From the human T2T-CHM13v2.0 reference genome, Homo sapiens: 64,000 bases of DNA. Each line of letters starts with the position of its first letter. Within the stretch, counting starts at the first letter, position 1. Positions 30,010-45,166 of this stretch are shown piece after piece. Both the position numbers and the translations under genes were made by a program. The notes below the pieces were generated by a model. That model had not been told where the DNA came from and ran no database searches. It saw only the letters and a program-made list of their open reading frames with translations. The DNA is taken from assembly GCF_009914755.1 (NCBI RefSeq), contig NC_060932.1. The stretch is one strand, 5' to 3'.

Positions 30010-30442
30010 ATCAGTTCTGTCTTCTTTTGATAACAGCCCCAATTTTCATATGTGGATGTATTTTATCCACTGTTAGGCCAGGCACAGATGCAGAACACAT
30101 GATCCAGACTAAGCCAGCCATTCTCCTGTCCACACTGACTGATTCGAGTTTGGCTTGTGATCTAAGCCATTTTAATCATCATAGTTATTAGGAATCTTGG
30201 GAAATTTATTCTTTTCTGATGTATTCACATTTTAAAGAATGTAGTCATAAGAAGTGAGGGCAGAATCAACTGTGAGAAAAGAGAAGCTAATAAATCCACA
30301 GTGAGAATGTAGTTTCTGGAGATATACATTGATCCCCGAACCAAGCCACATGGAAATTAAACCTGTCCCTGCCCAGTTACGGGAACCTGTAGTCGCCTTC
30401 ATGCTTCAGCTACTTTAAGTGGTGATTTTATTAATTGCAAAA
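30010..30442 (+). mobile_element. Old MLT1 LTR
   Basis: GATAACAGCCCC...ACATGATCCAGACTAAGCC...CCAAGCCACAT...TTAATTGCAA. Confidence 0.5.
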
Positions 30443-30689
30443 AAAGTAGGGAAGGGGATTCCAAACTGCTATGATCTACTACATTCTAAAATATAAAACC
30501 ACTTTTCATGGGTTAGCGTTTTGAATTCAGGTAATGATATTTTCTGACATTGTAATTCGGGGCACATTACTTCTTTTAACCTCAAGTTATCTATTTTAAA
30601 TTGAAATAAAACAATGCCCGTCTTTACGTTTAAGTACAGAATGCGACAGTACATATTGAATGCCTGCTATATATTAAGAATATACTTTT

Positions 30690-31083
30690 TATGATTTTAT
30701 TTTATTTTAATTTCAACTTTTAGATACAGGAATACATATGCAGATTTGTTACATGGGAATACTGCATGATGCTGAGGTTTGGAGTACAGATCCTGTCAAC
30801 CTGGTATTGAGCGTAAGTACCTACTAGGTAGTTTTTTAACTCACCTTTGCCTCCATACTCTAGTAGTTCACAAAATCTACTGTTCCCAAATTTATGGCTA
30901 TGTGTGCTCAATGCTTAGCACTCGCTTATATATGGGAACATGTGGTATTTGGTTTTCTGTTCCTGAATTAATTTGCTTAGGATTGTGGCCTCCAGCTCCA
31001 TCCATGTTGCAGCAAAGGACATGATTTTGTTCTTTTTTAAGGCTGCATAATATTCCATGGTATATATGTACTACATTTTCTTT
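30690..31083 (-). mobile_element. L1PA15/16-like 3' end
   Basis: T tail plus antisense 3'UTR and ORF2 end. Confidence 0.85.
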
Positions 31084-31516
31084 TATTTTTCTTTCCAACT
31101 TTTATTTTAGGTTTGGGGGTATGTGTTTAGGTTTGTTACATGGGTAAATTGCATGTTTTTGGGGTTTGGGGTTTGGTGTACAGATTATTTTGTCACCCAT
31201 ATAATAAGCATAGCTGATAGGTAGTTTTTCAGACTGTACCCTCCTCCCACTCTTACCCTCAATTAGTCCCTCATGTCTATTGTTACCTTCTTTGTATCTA
31301 TGTGTATTCAATGTGCAACTCCCACTGTTAGTGAGAACATGTAGTATTCAGTTTTCCATTCCTGTATTAATTTACTTGGGATAATGACATCCAGCTCCAT
31401 TCATGTGAGTGCCGAGGACATAATTTTATTATTTTATATGGCTGTATACTGTTCCAACACTGTAAACATACTACATTTTCTTTAACCAGTCAACTGTTAA
31501 TGGGCATCTAGGTTGC
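31084..31516 (-). mobile_element. Second L1PA16-like 3' end
   Basis: Repeats the same L1 3' region with a different sequence. Confidence 0.85.
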
Positions 31517-33369
31517 TAAGAATATATTCTTAAAAAGTGTCAATACTATTTTAAAGTTACAAATTACCAAACTGGAAGATAAAAAAAATTCTAGTTAAGC
31601 CACATCCCACATTTTGCAGGAAAGTTATGCGGGTCAAATTATATACATGATACAATTTTTCTACAGGGGCTTTTGTCGTCAATAGTACTGGTAGAATTTG
31701 AATTCAAGTCACCTGAGTGAAAATGCAGTAGCATCTCTTTATTCTACATACATTTTTCTTTATATGTTTGTTTAATTCTATATACACAGTTTTATATTGT
31801 CAATGATCTATGTGAACATTTTTTTCACAAAGTCAAATTGGCTTCATAATTTCCAAACATAGACCACCTGGAATATTTTAAGTTAATATTTGTTATCATG
31901 CATGTATGCTTCCCTACAATCATTTAAAAAAAAAAACCTGCTTTTTTTTTAAATCCCAACATAATGGAAAAGAAGGGGAAAAAGTATAGGGAAGAGAAAT
32001 GCTAAGATATAAAAAACAGTTTTCATAGAATATCATGTATGTGAAATCAATATTAGCATAAATTATTCAAATAAAATTAATTATGAAAAATAATAGACTT
32101 TTTTTATAATTGAGAAGGCAATTCTGCTGTGTAATCCATTTGTGTACATTCACAAAGCAAAAGGGGATATGACAAGTGTTCTCTAATTGAGACAGAAAGA
32201 GAGAATGACAATGCTATGCCCAGCAGCCCCTGTTAATGCATGCATCTTTTGGTGATTTATGTTTTTCTAAGCAAATGTCAGGTATCACTGCTAGTATATG
32301 AATATATTACAAGTGTTAGAACAAGTGAAATACATTCTGGCTGATGAATAAAATACAAGGCTATTAATAAGGATAGGTAAACACTGTTCAAAGCAGGCTG
32401 TTCATGTCTCCCGCATAAAATCATTTCAAACAGAACGTAATGACTAATGACTTGTAAGCTCTTTTTAATATCTGCTAGGTATTATGCAGTTATAATTTGT
32501 AGATTAAGAACCCATTGCTATTCATTCCCTCTCCAAAGATTGAAACACAAGAAAACTATACAGATAATAGATATATGGGTTTAAATATATATGTATTTAT
32601 CCAAAACTTTATATACACATGTAAGTATACAAGAAGTTTAAAATTACTTTGCAAATGGTGAACTATTAGTAATGTAAACAAGATTGTTATATAAGTTGTG
32701 ACCACAGGTAGAGGGGCAGGAGAGATGAGAAAGAAGGCTGTTCTTAAAAACTCAGAGGATAAGAAAGAAGAGAAATTATAATTTAGAGAAAAGGGACAAA
32801 TTATCCATTTAGTCAAGAAATGCAGTTATTTAATGTTATGGTGACAAAAAGGAATGTGTTAGAGGAATAAAGCAAAACCAGTTTTCTAACTGGAAATATT
32901 AAATATGGATGATAGGAAAACCCATGAAAACCTCCGGTAGACAGTAGTAGGAATTATGGGAGTGGAAATAATGATGGTATAAGTTGTCAGTGTTACACAA
33001 TATTTAAAATAAAAACTGTAAATGAGATCAACTTGGCACGATATATCTTCCTAAAAGAGGACACATTTTTCAGAAGTCACAGGCCAATTATTCTGCATTT
33101 TTCATTATGACATGTCTGATAATGCCTCACATCAATTAAGGATCCATCTATCTACAAATGATCAGAAAAAAAATAATTATCAAATTTAGAACATAGGCAG
33201 AAATAAAGGAGGTAATTTAACACTAAGAAAGAATAGTATGTGAGATAGAAATAATAAGAGTTTATTATCATAAACTGATTTTGAGAGTTTCAATAAAATG
33301 GAGTTTACATCTCTGGAAAATTTACCAGGAAGGTATAATAAAATGAGAAAAAAATAAGGCTTTTTGGGA

Positions 33370-34012
33370 GAAAAGTATTTGCAAAAGACATATCTGATAA
33401 AGACTATCATCCAAAATATACACAGAATTCTTGAAACTCAACAATAAGAAAAAAAATCCCGATTTTAAAAAATAGGCAAAAGATCTTAACATAACCACCT
33501 GAGGAAGATATACAAATGACATGTAAGCATATAAAAAGATGCTCAACATCATCTGATATTAGGAAATTTCAAATTAAAACAACAGCATGATGCCACAACA
33601 CACCTGTTAGAAAGGCCAAAATTCAAAGTAATGAAAATATTAGGGATAAAAGACTATGCATTGGGTTCAATGTTTACCGCTCAGGTGCTGGTAAACACTG
33701 TATTTTTAGGGCAGTAAAACTATTTTCTGAGAAATCATAATGGTGATTATATGTCATCATATATTTGTCAAAATCCATAGAAAATACAGCACCAATAGTT
33801 AAACTTAATGTAAACTTTTGACTTTAGGTAATAATGATATGTCAATATAGATTCATTCATTGTAAGAATATACAACTGTGGTGTGAGATGTCAATATTGA
33901 GGGTGGTTGTGGATGTGTGGGACAGAAAATAAATGGAGACTTCTTGTACTTTCTACTAATTTTTTCTGATAATCTAAAACTTCTCTAAAATAATAAAGCT
34001 TTATTTTTTATA
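33370..34012 (+). mobile_element. L1MC-like ORF2 end and 3'UTR
   Basis: TATCTGATAAAGACT...GCTCAACATCA...ATATTTGTCAAAATCCATAGAA...TCTAAAACTTCTCTAAAA. Confidence 0.75.
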
Positions 34013-34249
34013 AAAACAAGCCATTAATTTTGGCAATTATGACCTCCTCCAAGGAATTTTGTGAAATATAGGAAAGCTGTGGGAAACAAAATACAATGGG
34101 TTAAAGATTAAATTTAAAATATTGGTGATATTTTTTCATTAATGCCTAATGCCTTCAACTCACTATTTTATTAACATTCACATTTTTCTTTGCACAGTCC
34201 TTCAGGTTTACTGTTGCTGATGATGATTTTTCTTAAAATTTTGTTTAGA

Positions 34250-35405
<1,156 letters not shown>

Positions 35406-36169
35406 TATTGTTATTTTTTCTATCCATAGCCTCTTAACAAATTTATATATGTGTCAGAGGGTAATTATATGTTTGGAGTTTATATACAGTTGCATTGCAT
35501 TTATTTATTTTCCACTTTGCACATTTTCCACTTGCACACTTTTCCACGGGTTTTCCACCTTTCCAAAAGCTTTGAGACCAAAAAATGTTTTCTCCACAAA
35601 CAAATCAATCATTAATTTTGGGTACAGGAACCATTTCAATTGTCATTGTTCTACATCTCTTCCTATGTTACTTACCTTCCAACTGGCAATATTTTTCCAT
35701 GACTGATGAATAGTTTTTAGAGTTTCATTTTGTATGGAGTTGCTCATAGTGAATTATCTCAGTTTTGACTTCATCTTGAGTAACAATGTTAATGTGTATG
35801 AATTCTACATTGGGGTGTGTTTGTCAACATTTCAAAGAAATTATTTCATTTTATCTACCTTCCAATGTTTCTGTTTCCATGTGAGCTGTCATTCTCAGTC
35901 AACTTTTTGTTCCTTTGAGGATGATCTTTTTGGTGCCCATGTTAGTAGTTTTCTAGATTTGTTCTTTGTTTTTTTCTTTTAATCAGATTTACTATCATAT
36001 GCTCAAGTGTAGTCTTCTTTTAATTTAGATGTTTTGACCTTATTATAATGGCATCAATACATGGACATTTTGTCGATTTTGAAAGGTTCGAAGCTTCTAT
36101 TTAAAATATATTGTTTTTATTGTATTCTCTTTCTTGCTATTCAGCCACTTCATTTAGACCTTGCAGACT

Positions 36170-36550
36170 TTATGTCGGCTTTGGTTAGGCTATAGAACAG
36201 TTAAAAATGATTCAAAATATATGATTTAGAAAAACTATTTTATCTTTCCTGTTAATATCAGCCACTGGCCAGCTATAGTACTACTCCATGTATATTCTTC
36301 ATCCTGGTAGCCAATCTGAAGGATCCCCTATCTCTGGAAAATGCTTTTCTTATGTCAGAGGGTAAAGAAAAATTGCAGAGCCATGTCCTAGCTCTTCAAA
36401 CTTCTGGTTAGGAATAAGAAATGTTAATGCTGATCAAATCCTATTGGCCAAAGTCAGTTACAAACCAAGTTTACATACAAGATCAGAAAGCATAATCCCA
36501 TCAAAAGAAGGCCTATAAATTAACTGTCAAAAATAATACTATTGACCACT
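36170..36550 (-). mobile_element. Old MLT1 LTR within degenerate L1M ORF1 (about 35700-37270)
   Basis: GGTTAGGCTA...CCTATTGGCCAAAGTCAGTTAC. Confidence 0.45.
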
Positions 36551-36599
36551 GACTGAACCACTGACCTTCACATAATATCTTTACATCTTTCACCTTTTC

Positions 36600-36888
36600 A
36601 TTTCTTTATTTTTGGAAATGGGGTCTTGCTGTGTCACCCAGGCTGCAGTGCAATGGCGAAATCAAGGCTTACTGTAGCCTTGGGCCTCCTGGGCTCAAGC
36701 GATCCTCCCAGCTCTAGGACTGCAGGTACATGCCACCACGCCTGGAAAATTATTTATTTTTTTATTTTTGTAAAGACTGGGTCTCACTATGTTTCCCAGG
36801 CTGGTCTCAAACTCCTGGGTTCAAGTGATCCTCCCTCCTTGGCCTCCCAGTGTGTTGGGATTATAGGTGTGAGCCACTGCAGCTGGCC
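36600..36888 (-). mobile_element. AluJ
   Basis: Diverged antisense Alu (GGGCTCAAGCGATCCTCCC). Confidence 0.92.
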
Positions 36889-37290
36889 ACCTGTCTTAAT
36901 TCTTTTGTTTTTCCATGCTTCTTTATTAATATTTTGACTAAGTTAATTTACTAATTCTCTCATCAACTATGTCTAGTATGCTGTTAATCATATCCTTTGA
37001 ATTAATAATTTGACTACTATATCTATTTTCTAGTTCTAGAATTCTACTTAATTTTGTTCTCACCAAATAAGTCACTTATTTTTTCCAGTTGTCAGCCAAA
37101 TTGTTCAAGCCTGAATCCATCTCTTTGAACATGTTCAACATAGTTTCTACCATCTGTCTCTGATAATTCCCCTAACTGAGGTTCTGTGCGTCTGTTTCTG
37201 TTGTTTGCTATTTCTGCATGTTTTCAATTCATATTATCTCTTCTCCTTATGGGGATGACTATCTTTACTTATGTGATGGACTCTGGACTT

Positions 37291-37627
37291 AAAAGAAAAA
37301 GAATGAGTTCATGTACTTTGCAGGGACATGGATGAAGCTGGAAACCATCATTCTCAGCAAACTAACACAGGAACATAAAACCAAACAACGCATGTTGTCA
37401 CTCATAATTGGGAGTTGAACAAGGAGAACATATGGGCACAGGGAGGGGAACATCACACACTGGGGCCTGTCGGAGGGTTGGGAGCTAGGGGAGGGATAGC
37501 ATTAGGAGAAATACCTAATGTAGCTGAAGGGTTGATGGGTGCAGCAAACCACCATGGCCCATGTATACCTATGTAACAAACCTCCACATTCTGCACATGT
37601 ATCCCACAACTTAAAGCATAATAAAAA
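37291..37627 (+). mobile_element. L1PA7/8-like 3' end
   Basis: GAATGAGTTCATG...GGGAGGGATAGCATTAGGAGAAATACCTAATG...AATAAAA. Confidence 0.9.
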
Positions 37628-38262
37628 TTTTTTTTTTAAAGAAACAATTTTAAAACAAGAATGGTGTAATTTTTCTCAAGATGTTTGCTTCCACCGGGTG
37701 TATGGGGAAATAGTAATGTAAGATCATTCAAATCCAATTTCAGAGTATAAGACTTTTGTGCGAATGACCACTGAGATGACCCGAAGCTAGACAGCAGTTC
37801 CCAAGAGGGTTGGTTTACTTCTTTATTATCTTATCCTGAGGGTACATCCCTCTAGCCTTCACTCTTATCGTACCCTGGTTTCCAGTTTTTACTCCCTGAT
37901 CCTATAAGTCTATCAAAATTGTTGCTCGTATTCCCTGTGCTTATTTGGAATTAGTAAAGTCCCAGGAGTAAATGAGCTCTCTCAAGGCCAAACTTATGTC
38001 TATACAAAAAGTCTTTTCTCAGTTTTACCTACTGATTCTTATCTTCATTTATAGTCTTTTGAATATTTTATATTTTTCTAAAATATTTTTTCTGTATTTT
38101 TTGTTGTCTCCAATGGGAGAATTGATTTGAATTACATATTCTGACATACTGAATTGTCAGGTTTGATTTGTCAAGTTGATTCATGTAAAACATCTACTTG
38201 AGGCACTTTGGTGGCAAAATTTAGTTTTTATGTAAACTTGTTATCTAAAAATTACATACAGT

Positions 38263-38550
38263 GGTCAGGCACTGTGTTTCATACCTATAATCCCAGCATT
38301 TTTGGAGGCCAACGCAGGAAGATTGCTTGAGCCCAGGAATTCAAGACCAGCCTGGGCAACATGGAGAGACTCTGTCTCTACAAAAAGTTTTAAAAATTAG
38401 CTATGCATGCCTGTAGTCTCAGCTACTTAGGAGGCTGAGGCAGGACGATTGCTTGATCCTGGGAGGTTGAGGCTGCAGTGAGCCATGACCTCACCAATGC
38501 TCTCCAGCCTGGGTGACAGATGAGACCCTATCTTAATAAATAGAATAAAA
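38263..38550 (+). mobile_element. AluJ
   Basis: Diverged Alu (TTGCTTGAGCCCAGG). Confidence 0.92.
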
Positions 38551-38835
38551 TGTTATATAGAATATTATCCCCAAAATTACAATCTTCTTCATATAGATAA
38601 ACTCTACAGTTTCAACTTGTAGCCATCTCAGCCTCCAGAAAATGCAGTCTTAGTGTGTTCATTATCAAGCAGTTTATTCCTCCTTTTTTAAGTTTCCTCT
38701 CCTGCACTTGGATTCCGGACATTCCTTCCTCTCAGAAGCTAGTATGACTTTAGGGTTCATTTTGTTTTTATTTTCTCAGGGATCAGAGTGCTGTACTATC
38801 CATTGTGCAATGCCTGAAAACAACTCTTTCATATA

Positions 38836-39178
38836 CAGCCAGCTCCCAACTTAAACTTAAAATTTTTTAACTTTATGATGCCGTGAAAGCTTTATGATGC
38901 TATGAAATCAATGATGCTGTTTCACATTAAGTAGAAACCATAATTTGAATTTGAATTCAAAATTCTTTACAATAATTTTATTATAAAACAGGCTTTGTTT
39001 TAGAGGATTTTTCTCAACTGCAAACTATTCTAAGTGTTCTGAGCATGTTTAAGGTAGGCTAGGCTAAACTATGATGCTTGGTAAATTAGGTGTATTAAAT
39101 GCATTTTTGATTTACAATATTTTCAGCTTACAATAAATTCGTCAGGACATAACCTTATTGAAAGATGAAGAGCATCTG
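38836..39178. mobile_element. Tigger3a/MER7-like DNA transposon
   Basis: TA target dinucleotides, CAG...GAGCATCTG ends, internal GCATGTTTAAGGTAGGCTAGGCTAA. Confidence 0.8.
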
Positions 39179-40479
39179 TAGTTTGTTCAATTTTCTAGTT
39201 ATTTCTAACTTGAGATTAAATTCAATGTTAGTTACACCATCCTGGCAGTTTTTCCCATTTAAAAAAACGTATTACTTTGACTGTTTAAATTGTAGGAAAT
39301 TTTTATCCGGTTTGAATATAAGTTGTCAGAAATATACATGCACAGATTTTCAGCCAATTTGTGGCTTCACGTTAATTTTCTTAATGGTGTCTTTTCATCA
39401 GTAGGTTTTTAGAACATGGATAAAATCCAGTGATAAATTGTGTATCTGTAACAAACTTTTAGTTTCGTCATATGTTGCCTGTTTTCGTTTTTGTTTTCCT
39501 GCTGGACAACTAAAACCAAATATGTTCACTTATCATTTTGGATACGTGATTTTTCTTATTTTATACTTTCTAAAAATTAATATCATACGTAGATTTATAC
39601 ATATTTCTATTGTGCTCTTTAAAGTAAAGAACCCTTAAATCAGCATGAATTTAGAAGGAATATTCTGTAGATCTGCTGAGAATTTTGCTCTCTACTCAAA
39701 GGAGAAACTCAATTTGACTAAATAGCCACTTAAGATCTTTTTTGGTTGTTTTTTAAGTAAATAATTTTAATTAGAAACACCACTGATGCAATCCATCGTA
39801 GGTATATTGATCTTCAATTATTAATAAAACTGCCTACATCAGACAAATATAAGCAAGAAAAATATCTGTTTATGAGTGCATTACAGATGTATCTATATGA
39901 TTAATTTCAGATCTGTCAAGAGTTCACAAATAAAGATGGCTTAGATTTCTACAGTTTTTTTCAAGTAAAAGTCAAAATGTCAAAACTGTAACAGAAAAAT
40001 AAACGAATCCAAAAGAGGAGCCAAATTTGTTCAGATTAAATACTTTCTACCTTTGAAATCTTTAAAGCAAACTTGAAGCAAATACTTTTATAATTAACAA
40101 GCTTTTGATTTTAAATTATAAATGATGTTTTTGATAAAACTAGATTTCAACAGCTCTGGGCTCTTTGCTTAGATCTGCTACTTGATTTTTCCTGGATTGA
40201 ATGATTTTTTTTACTTCAAAGCTTTCAGGTTTACAATCTCAGTTTCTACTACTTTCAAACCTCTAAAATAAACATTATGGAAAAAATAATACTCAAACTA
40301 AACTGTCTGCAACTTAAAAAGGAATTTGTGTTTCATGCAAGGCCAATCAAAGTAGAGAAAATTTGCCATGTTTTACTTAAGAAAAAAAAATACTTATTCT
40401 GACTTTAACCCCAAGATAGTCACTCTGTTTACTTGTCTTCATTTTGAAAATCTTAATGTATCCCCTGGTGTAGATGCTA

Positions 40480-40870
40480 TGAATATCTTGGCCTTATTCC
40501 CTCAGTACTCATCTCTGCCAACTAAAGACTGTTTACTGGAAACACCTGTGACTCTGCCTGCCAGCTTTTTGCTACATGTGACAAGTTAAAGCTCCCTGAG
40601 AAATCCTTAACCCATGATGAACTGAGAGTTGATGAATAAATACCATAGCTTACTTTGACCAAAGCTGAGAAAACTGAGAGACATGGTTTACAGTGTTTCC
40701 CAGAGATTCGCGAAGGTGACTTACTTCATAGTACACCCTTTGTTGGCTGCCTTGACTTTCTTGACTCACTTCTCCACTCTCTCCCTAGTGTTTAGGGATC
40801 ACTTCCCCCCAAAATGACTTCCATTTGAATCCTTGTTTCAATCTTGGATTTTGAGGAAACTCAACCTAAT
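40480..40870 (+). mobile_element. LTR16-like ERVL LTR
   Basis: TGACTCACTTCTCCACTC...GGGATCACTTCC...GAATCCTTG...GGAAACTCAACCTAA. Confidence 0.6.
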
Positions 40871-41110
40871 TTATTTTCAAAAATAAATAACACCCTGTTT
40901 ACCATGCAGACTTTGAACACAAAGTCCCATTTATTTCAATCCAATAAAATGATAGATATAACTTTTTTAATATAAAAATTTTAAATCAGCCTTCTTAGAA
41001 TTTCATCAGATTAGATAATTTCTACACCTCAAGATATAAAGTTATAGTTTTACCAGATAACAGTAAATAAATTCTAAAGTATTAGAAAATCATGTTTTAT
41101 TTTCAAATGC

Positions 41111-41167
41111 ATATATATATATATATATATATAATCCAAAAATATAATATATATATATAATCCAAAA
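41111..41167. repeat. (TA)n-ATCCAAAA tandem duplication
   Basis: ATATATATATAATCCAAAA occurs twice. Confidence 0.8.
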
Positions 41168-41540
41168 GCTTTATTTTTGGATTAAATTTCAAAACAACAG
41201 AAGGGTGGATGATAACTTCTTAGTCTGTTTTCAGGCCATATAGATATTAATCTGAACAAAATATTTTCTCTGATGTTGTTATAGTATAATTTTCATGAAA
41301 TGGCTAATAAGGAGAAAAATTGCTTCAAATTGTAGGATACCTCCACTGCCTCATTGTTACCTCTGCCCAAAATGCCTCTTGGAAAAAGAGAAATCATCAT
41401 GTGTGTTTCCCTTCTAGTCCTTTTAATGGAAATATTCAATATAGTAGCTAACCCAACCAATTTTGCTCTGTATACCACTTGCATGTGATTTGATTGTCAT
41501 ATTTCTTGAACAGATTTGGAGGTATTAATCAAGGAACATA

Positions 41541-41890
<350 letters not shown>

Positions 41891-43639
41891 TTATTTTATT
41901 CAGTATTGACTCAGTAACAGATACAAATCCCTTGGTAACACATTTCCTTTTGTGTTTGTATTACTTGTGAGTTAAATAGTCTCAAGGGTTTTGCTAGGTT
42001 GCAAGAAAGCAAACTTTTAAAATAGCTAATATTCGGTTCATCAATTTAGTAGGATTCCATTCTTGTTTTAGTTGAAAAAGTCAATGGATATTTATAAAAA
42101 ACTTGTAGGGTTTTAACTTATATACTATAAACTCAACCTACTTGATGATATCATAAGTGGGGGAAGTAGGCCTTTTGATTTTTTGGTGTTTAAGTTAGAA
42201 TAAAACCTCTTGAAAGACGAAACCTAACATTACCTCCCTATTTGTTGAATGAATGAATGAATGAAAGGGTACATGAATGAAAGTATGCCTTTTGTATGTA
42301 GATGGGATGAGGATGACCACTAATTTCTTTTATTTTTTCCTTGTTTTTATTTTATTTGCATATTTGTTTACATAAGCCCAAAGTTTCCTTTTAGACTGAT
42401 TTGTTACTTGTAGCTTCTATCCACTTCAGCCTCATTTCCATTTTTGTATTTTATGAGTTTAGAAGATTCTAACTTTCAACTTTCTTCATGCTGTGATCTG
42501 AACTTCCTTCAAGTCAGATACATGCTGTGAACAAGTGGGTTTCTTTATTTGTAAAAATCCTGTTAAGATCTTTATTCTTTTTATTACTTATCTACATTCT
42601 ACATTGCAATTTAATAGCCTGTACAAAGTAAGTGCATGGTAATTTGAGATTATCCCACAAATAATTTTTGGAGAAGAATTTCTAAATTATTTATGAATGA
42701 TTACATGAAGAATAATGATAGAATTTTAAAAAGTGTAGAAAGCTTAGCTTTGAGGAAAGTTGTTGCCCTACCTCATTATAAGCTCTAAACTATTTTACTG
42801 TCTACTTCAAATATTTCAGGGTTTTTTCACACCAAAAAAGGCTTTTTTTGTTAAGAACTTAGAATGCAAAATATTTTAATCATTTATTTCATTTATAGTA
42901 CCATTCATTGACTTCCAAATACTAAACTTCATTAAACTACGTGCATATATATGTGGTTTTAAAATAATATATTTTCCTCTGACTAAAGACTTGCTTTTGA
43001 ATTTTACTTTGATTCATGTCTTTAAATGCAACATGGCACTCCAGTTGAAAGTTCTAATAAATTGTTAAATGTCAGATTTCGGAGACTTAACCTGTGTCTT
43101 TTTGATAACATTTTTAAAATGCTACAAGTATATAATCTTGTGTATCTGTAAGCAGTGGCAATAGTAGATCTTTGCTCCACTGACACTCTTAAGGGTCTCA
43201 GCTGCTGCCGTGTGAGCCAATGTGGCAGGTCTTTTGTCAAGACGGCTGATTTAAACGGAGTTAATCAAGTCAGCTTTGGCTCCTGCTCCAGGGATTAATT
43301 GTAGGCTTGGGGAAGCATCATGTGACTGACAGCTCTCAATCATAATGCATCATAAGAAAGTCATTCCCTGGTATCTCTCTTACTTCCTTTGAAAAACTGC
43401 CCATATGCCAACTTGGGAAACTTAATAATCAAAATCTTATCTTCATACCCATCATCATGAAAAGCTTTAAGAAAGAATATTTTCTTACAGTTGCCCATTT
43501 TAATGGACTTCTTTAGGATCAAAGCAATATGGTTGATTTTCTTATTTATAAGCTGTTATATGACTATATTATAGCTAGAGATTAACATAATAGCATTGCA
43601 TGTTTCATCGTCTTTTATAGATTAATACACACACAAGAT

Positions 43640-43653
43640 ATGTGTGTGTGTGC

Positions 43654-43688
<35 letters not shown>

Positions 43689-43730
43689 TGTACACATAGA
43701 CAGACAGATGGATATACAAGAGAGAGAGAA
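43640..43730. repeat. Compound (TG)n(TA)n(GACA)n(AG)n microsatellite
   Basis: Direct reading. Confidence 0.9.
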
Positions 43731-43829
43731 TTGCTGTTCTTCTTGGAAACATGCGAATTGATATAACCAGCCAAAGTTCATATGTTAGAATGCTGAGACT
43801 AAAATTTGAAGTAGTTTATCCTCAGACCT

Positions 43830-44203
43830 TGTGCTAGTCCATTCTCATGCTGCTATGAAGAACTGTCTGAGACTGGGTAACATATAAAGAAAAGAGGTTT
43901 ACTTGATTCACAGTTCTACAGGACTGGGGAGTGGCCTCAGGAAACTTACAATCATGGCAGAAGGGGAAGCAAACATCTTTCTTCACATGGCAGCAGGAAG
44001 GAGAAGTGCCAAACAAAGGGCGGAAAGCCCCTTATAAAACCATCAGATCTCATGAGAACTCACTCACTATCATGAGAACAGCATGGGGTTAACTGCCCCC
44101 ATGATTCAATTACCTCCCACTTGGTCCCTCCCATGACACGGAGGGATTATGGGACCTATAATTCAAGATGAGATTTGGGTGGGGACACAGCCAAACCATA
44201 TTA
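43830..44203 (-). mobile_element. THE1 (THE1D-like) solo LTR
   Basis: Antisense THE1; TSD GACCT (43825-43829, 44204-44208). Confidence 0.92.
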
Positions 44204-44481
44204 GACCTGGAAGAAGAAAGAATCATGTCTGTAAAAACTAACTTCAAACCTTGTTTCACTTCACCAAATCTCATTTAGGTAAAAGAGAAGTAGACACTAC
44301 ATGTTTTTCAAACCTGCTTGTATTTTAAGTATGTGTGTGTATGTGTATGTATGAATAACCAGCCCCAAATTGTTACCCAGGATGCATAAGAAGCTGCATA
44401 TTTTAATGTACTTGTAGGAGAATAACAGCTTTTAAACAGTTAAATGACTGTCCTTCAATGTGTACAAATGCAAAAGGTATC

Positions 44482-45166
44482 TGTGGTAGACAGAATTATC
44501 ACCCCCAGGAAGATTCCTTTCCTTAATCCTCGCAACTGTAGAAAAGATGATATACGGTGCCAATGAGTAAGTTAATTTACGTAACAAAAGGGACAGTCAT
44601 TGCAGGTATAATTAAATTTACTGATCAGTTGACCTTAAAATAGATTATTCTTCCATTATCTAGGTGAGCCTAATGTAATCATTTGAGCCTTTTAATCACA
44701 TGCGAAGAAGAGTAAATCATCAGAAGGTGGAATGAAAAAGATATGACAGAAAAGGAAGTCAGACAAATTCAAAGCTCGGCAATGACTCCTTGACACTGTA
44801 TTGCAAACCTGGAGGTGGAGGGGGCCTAGTGGAAACCATGAGAAAGAATGCAAATAATCTCTAGGAGCAAAGATTGCTCCCCACTGACAGCCAGCAAAAG
44901 GCAGAGATCTTTGTCTTATACTGCATTGAAATAAATTCTGCCAACTGGGTGATCTCGGAAGAAGAAACTTTCCCAGAGCCTCCAGCAAAAAATTTAGCTC
45001 TGTTGAAACCCTGACTTTTCGGCCTTCTGAGGTCCTAAGGAGAGGACCCACTATTCCATCCTGTGCCCAGATTTCTGACTCCTAAAAACTGTAAGATCAT
45101 AAATATGTGTTGTTTTAAGCTATGAAATGTTGTAATTTTTCAAATCATCAATAGAAAAGTAATACA
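44482..45166 (+). mobile_element. MLT1E-like solo LTR
   Basis: TGTGGTAGACAGAAT...TAATACA; TSD GTATC (44477-44481, 45167-45171). Confidence 0.88.

Noticed and set aside
36600-38550. Inverted AluJ pair as a dsRNA element
   Set aside because: Common arrangement, highly diverged copies, no evidence of transcription.
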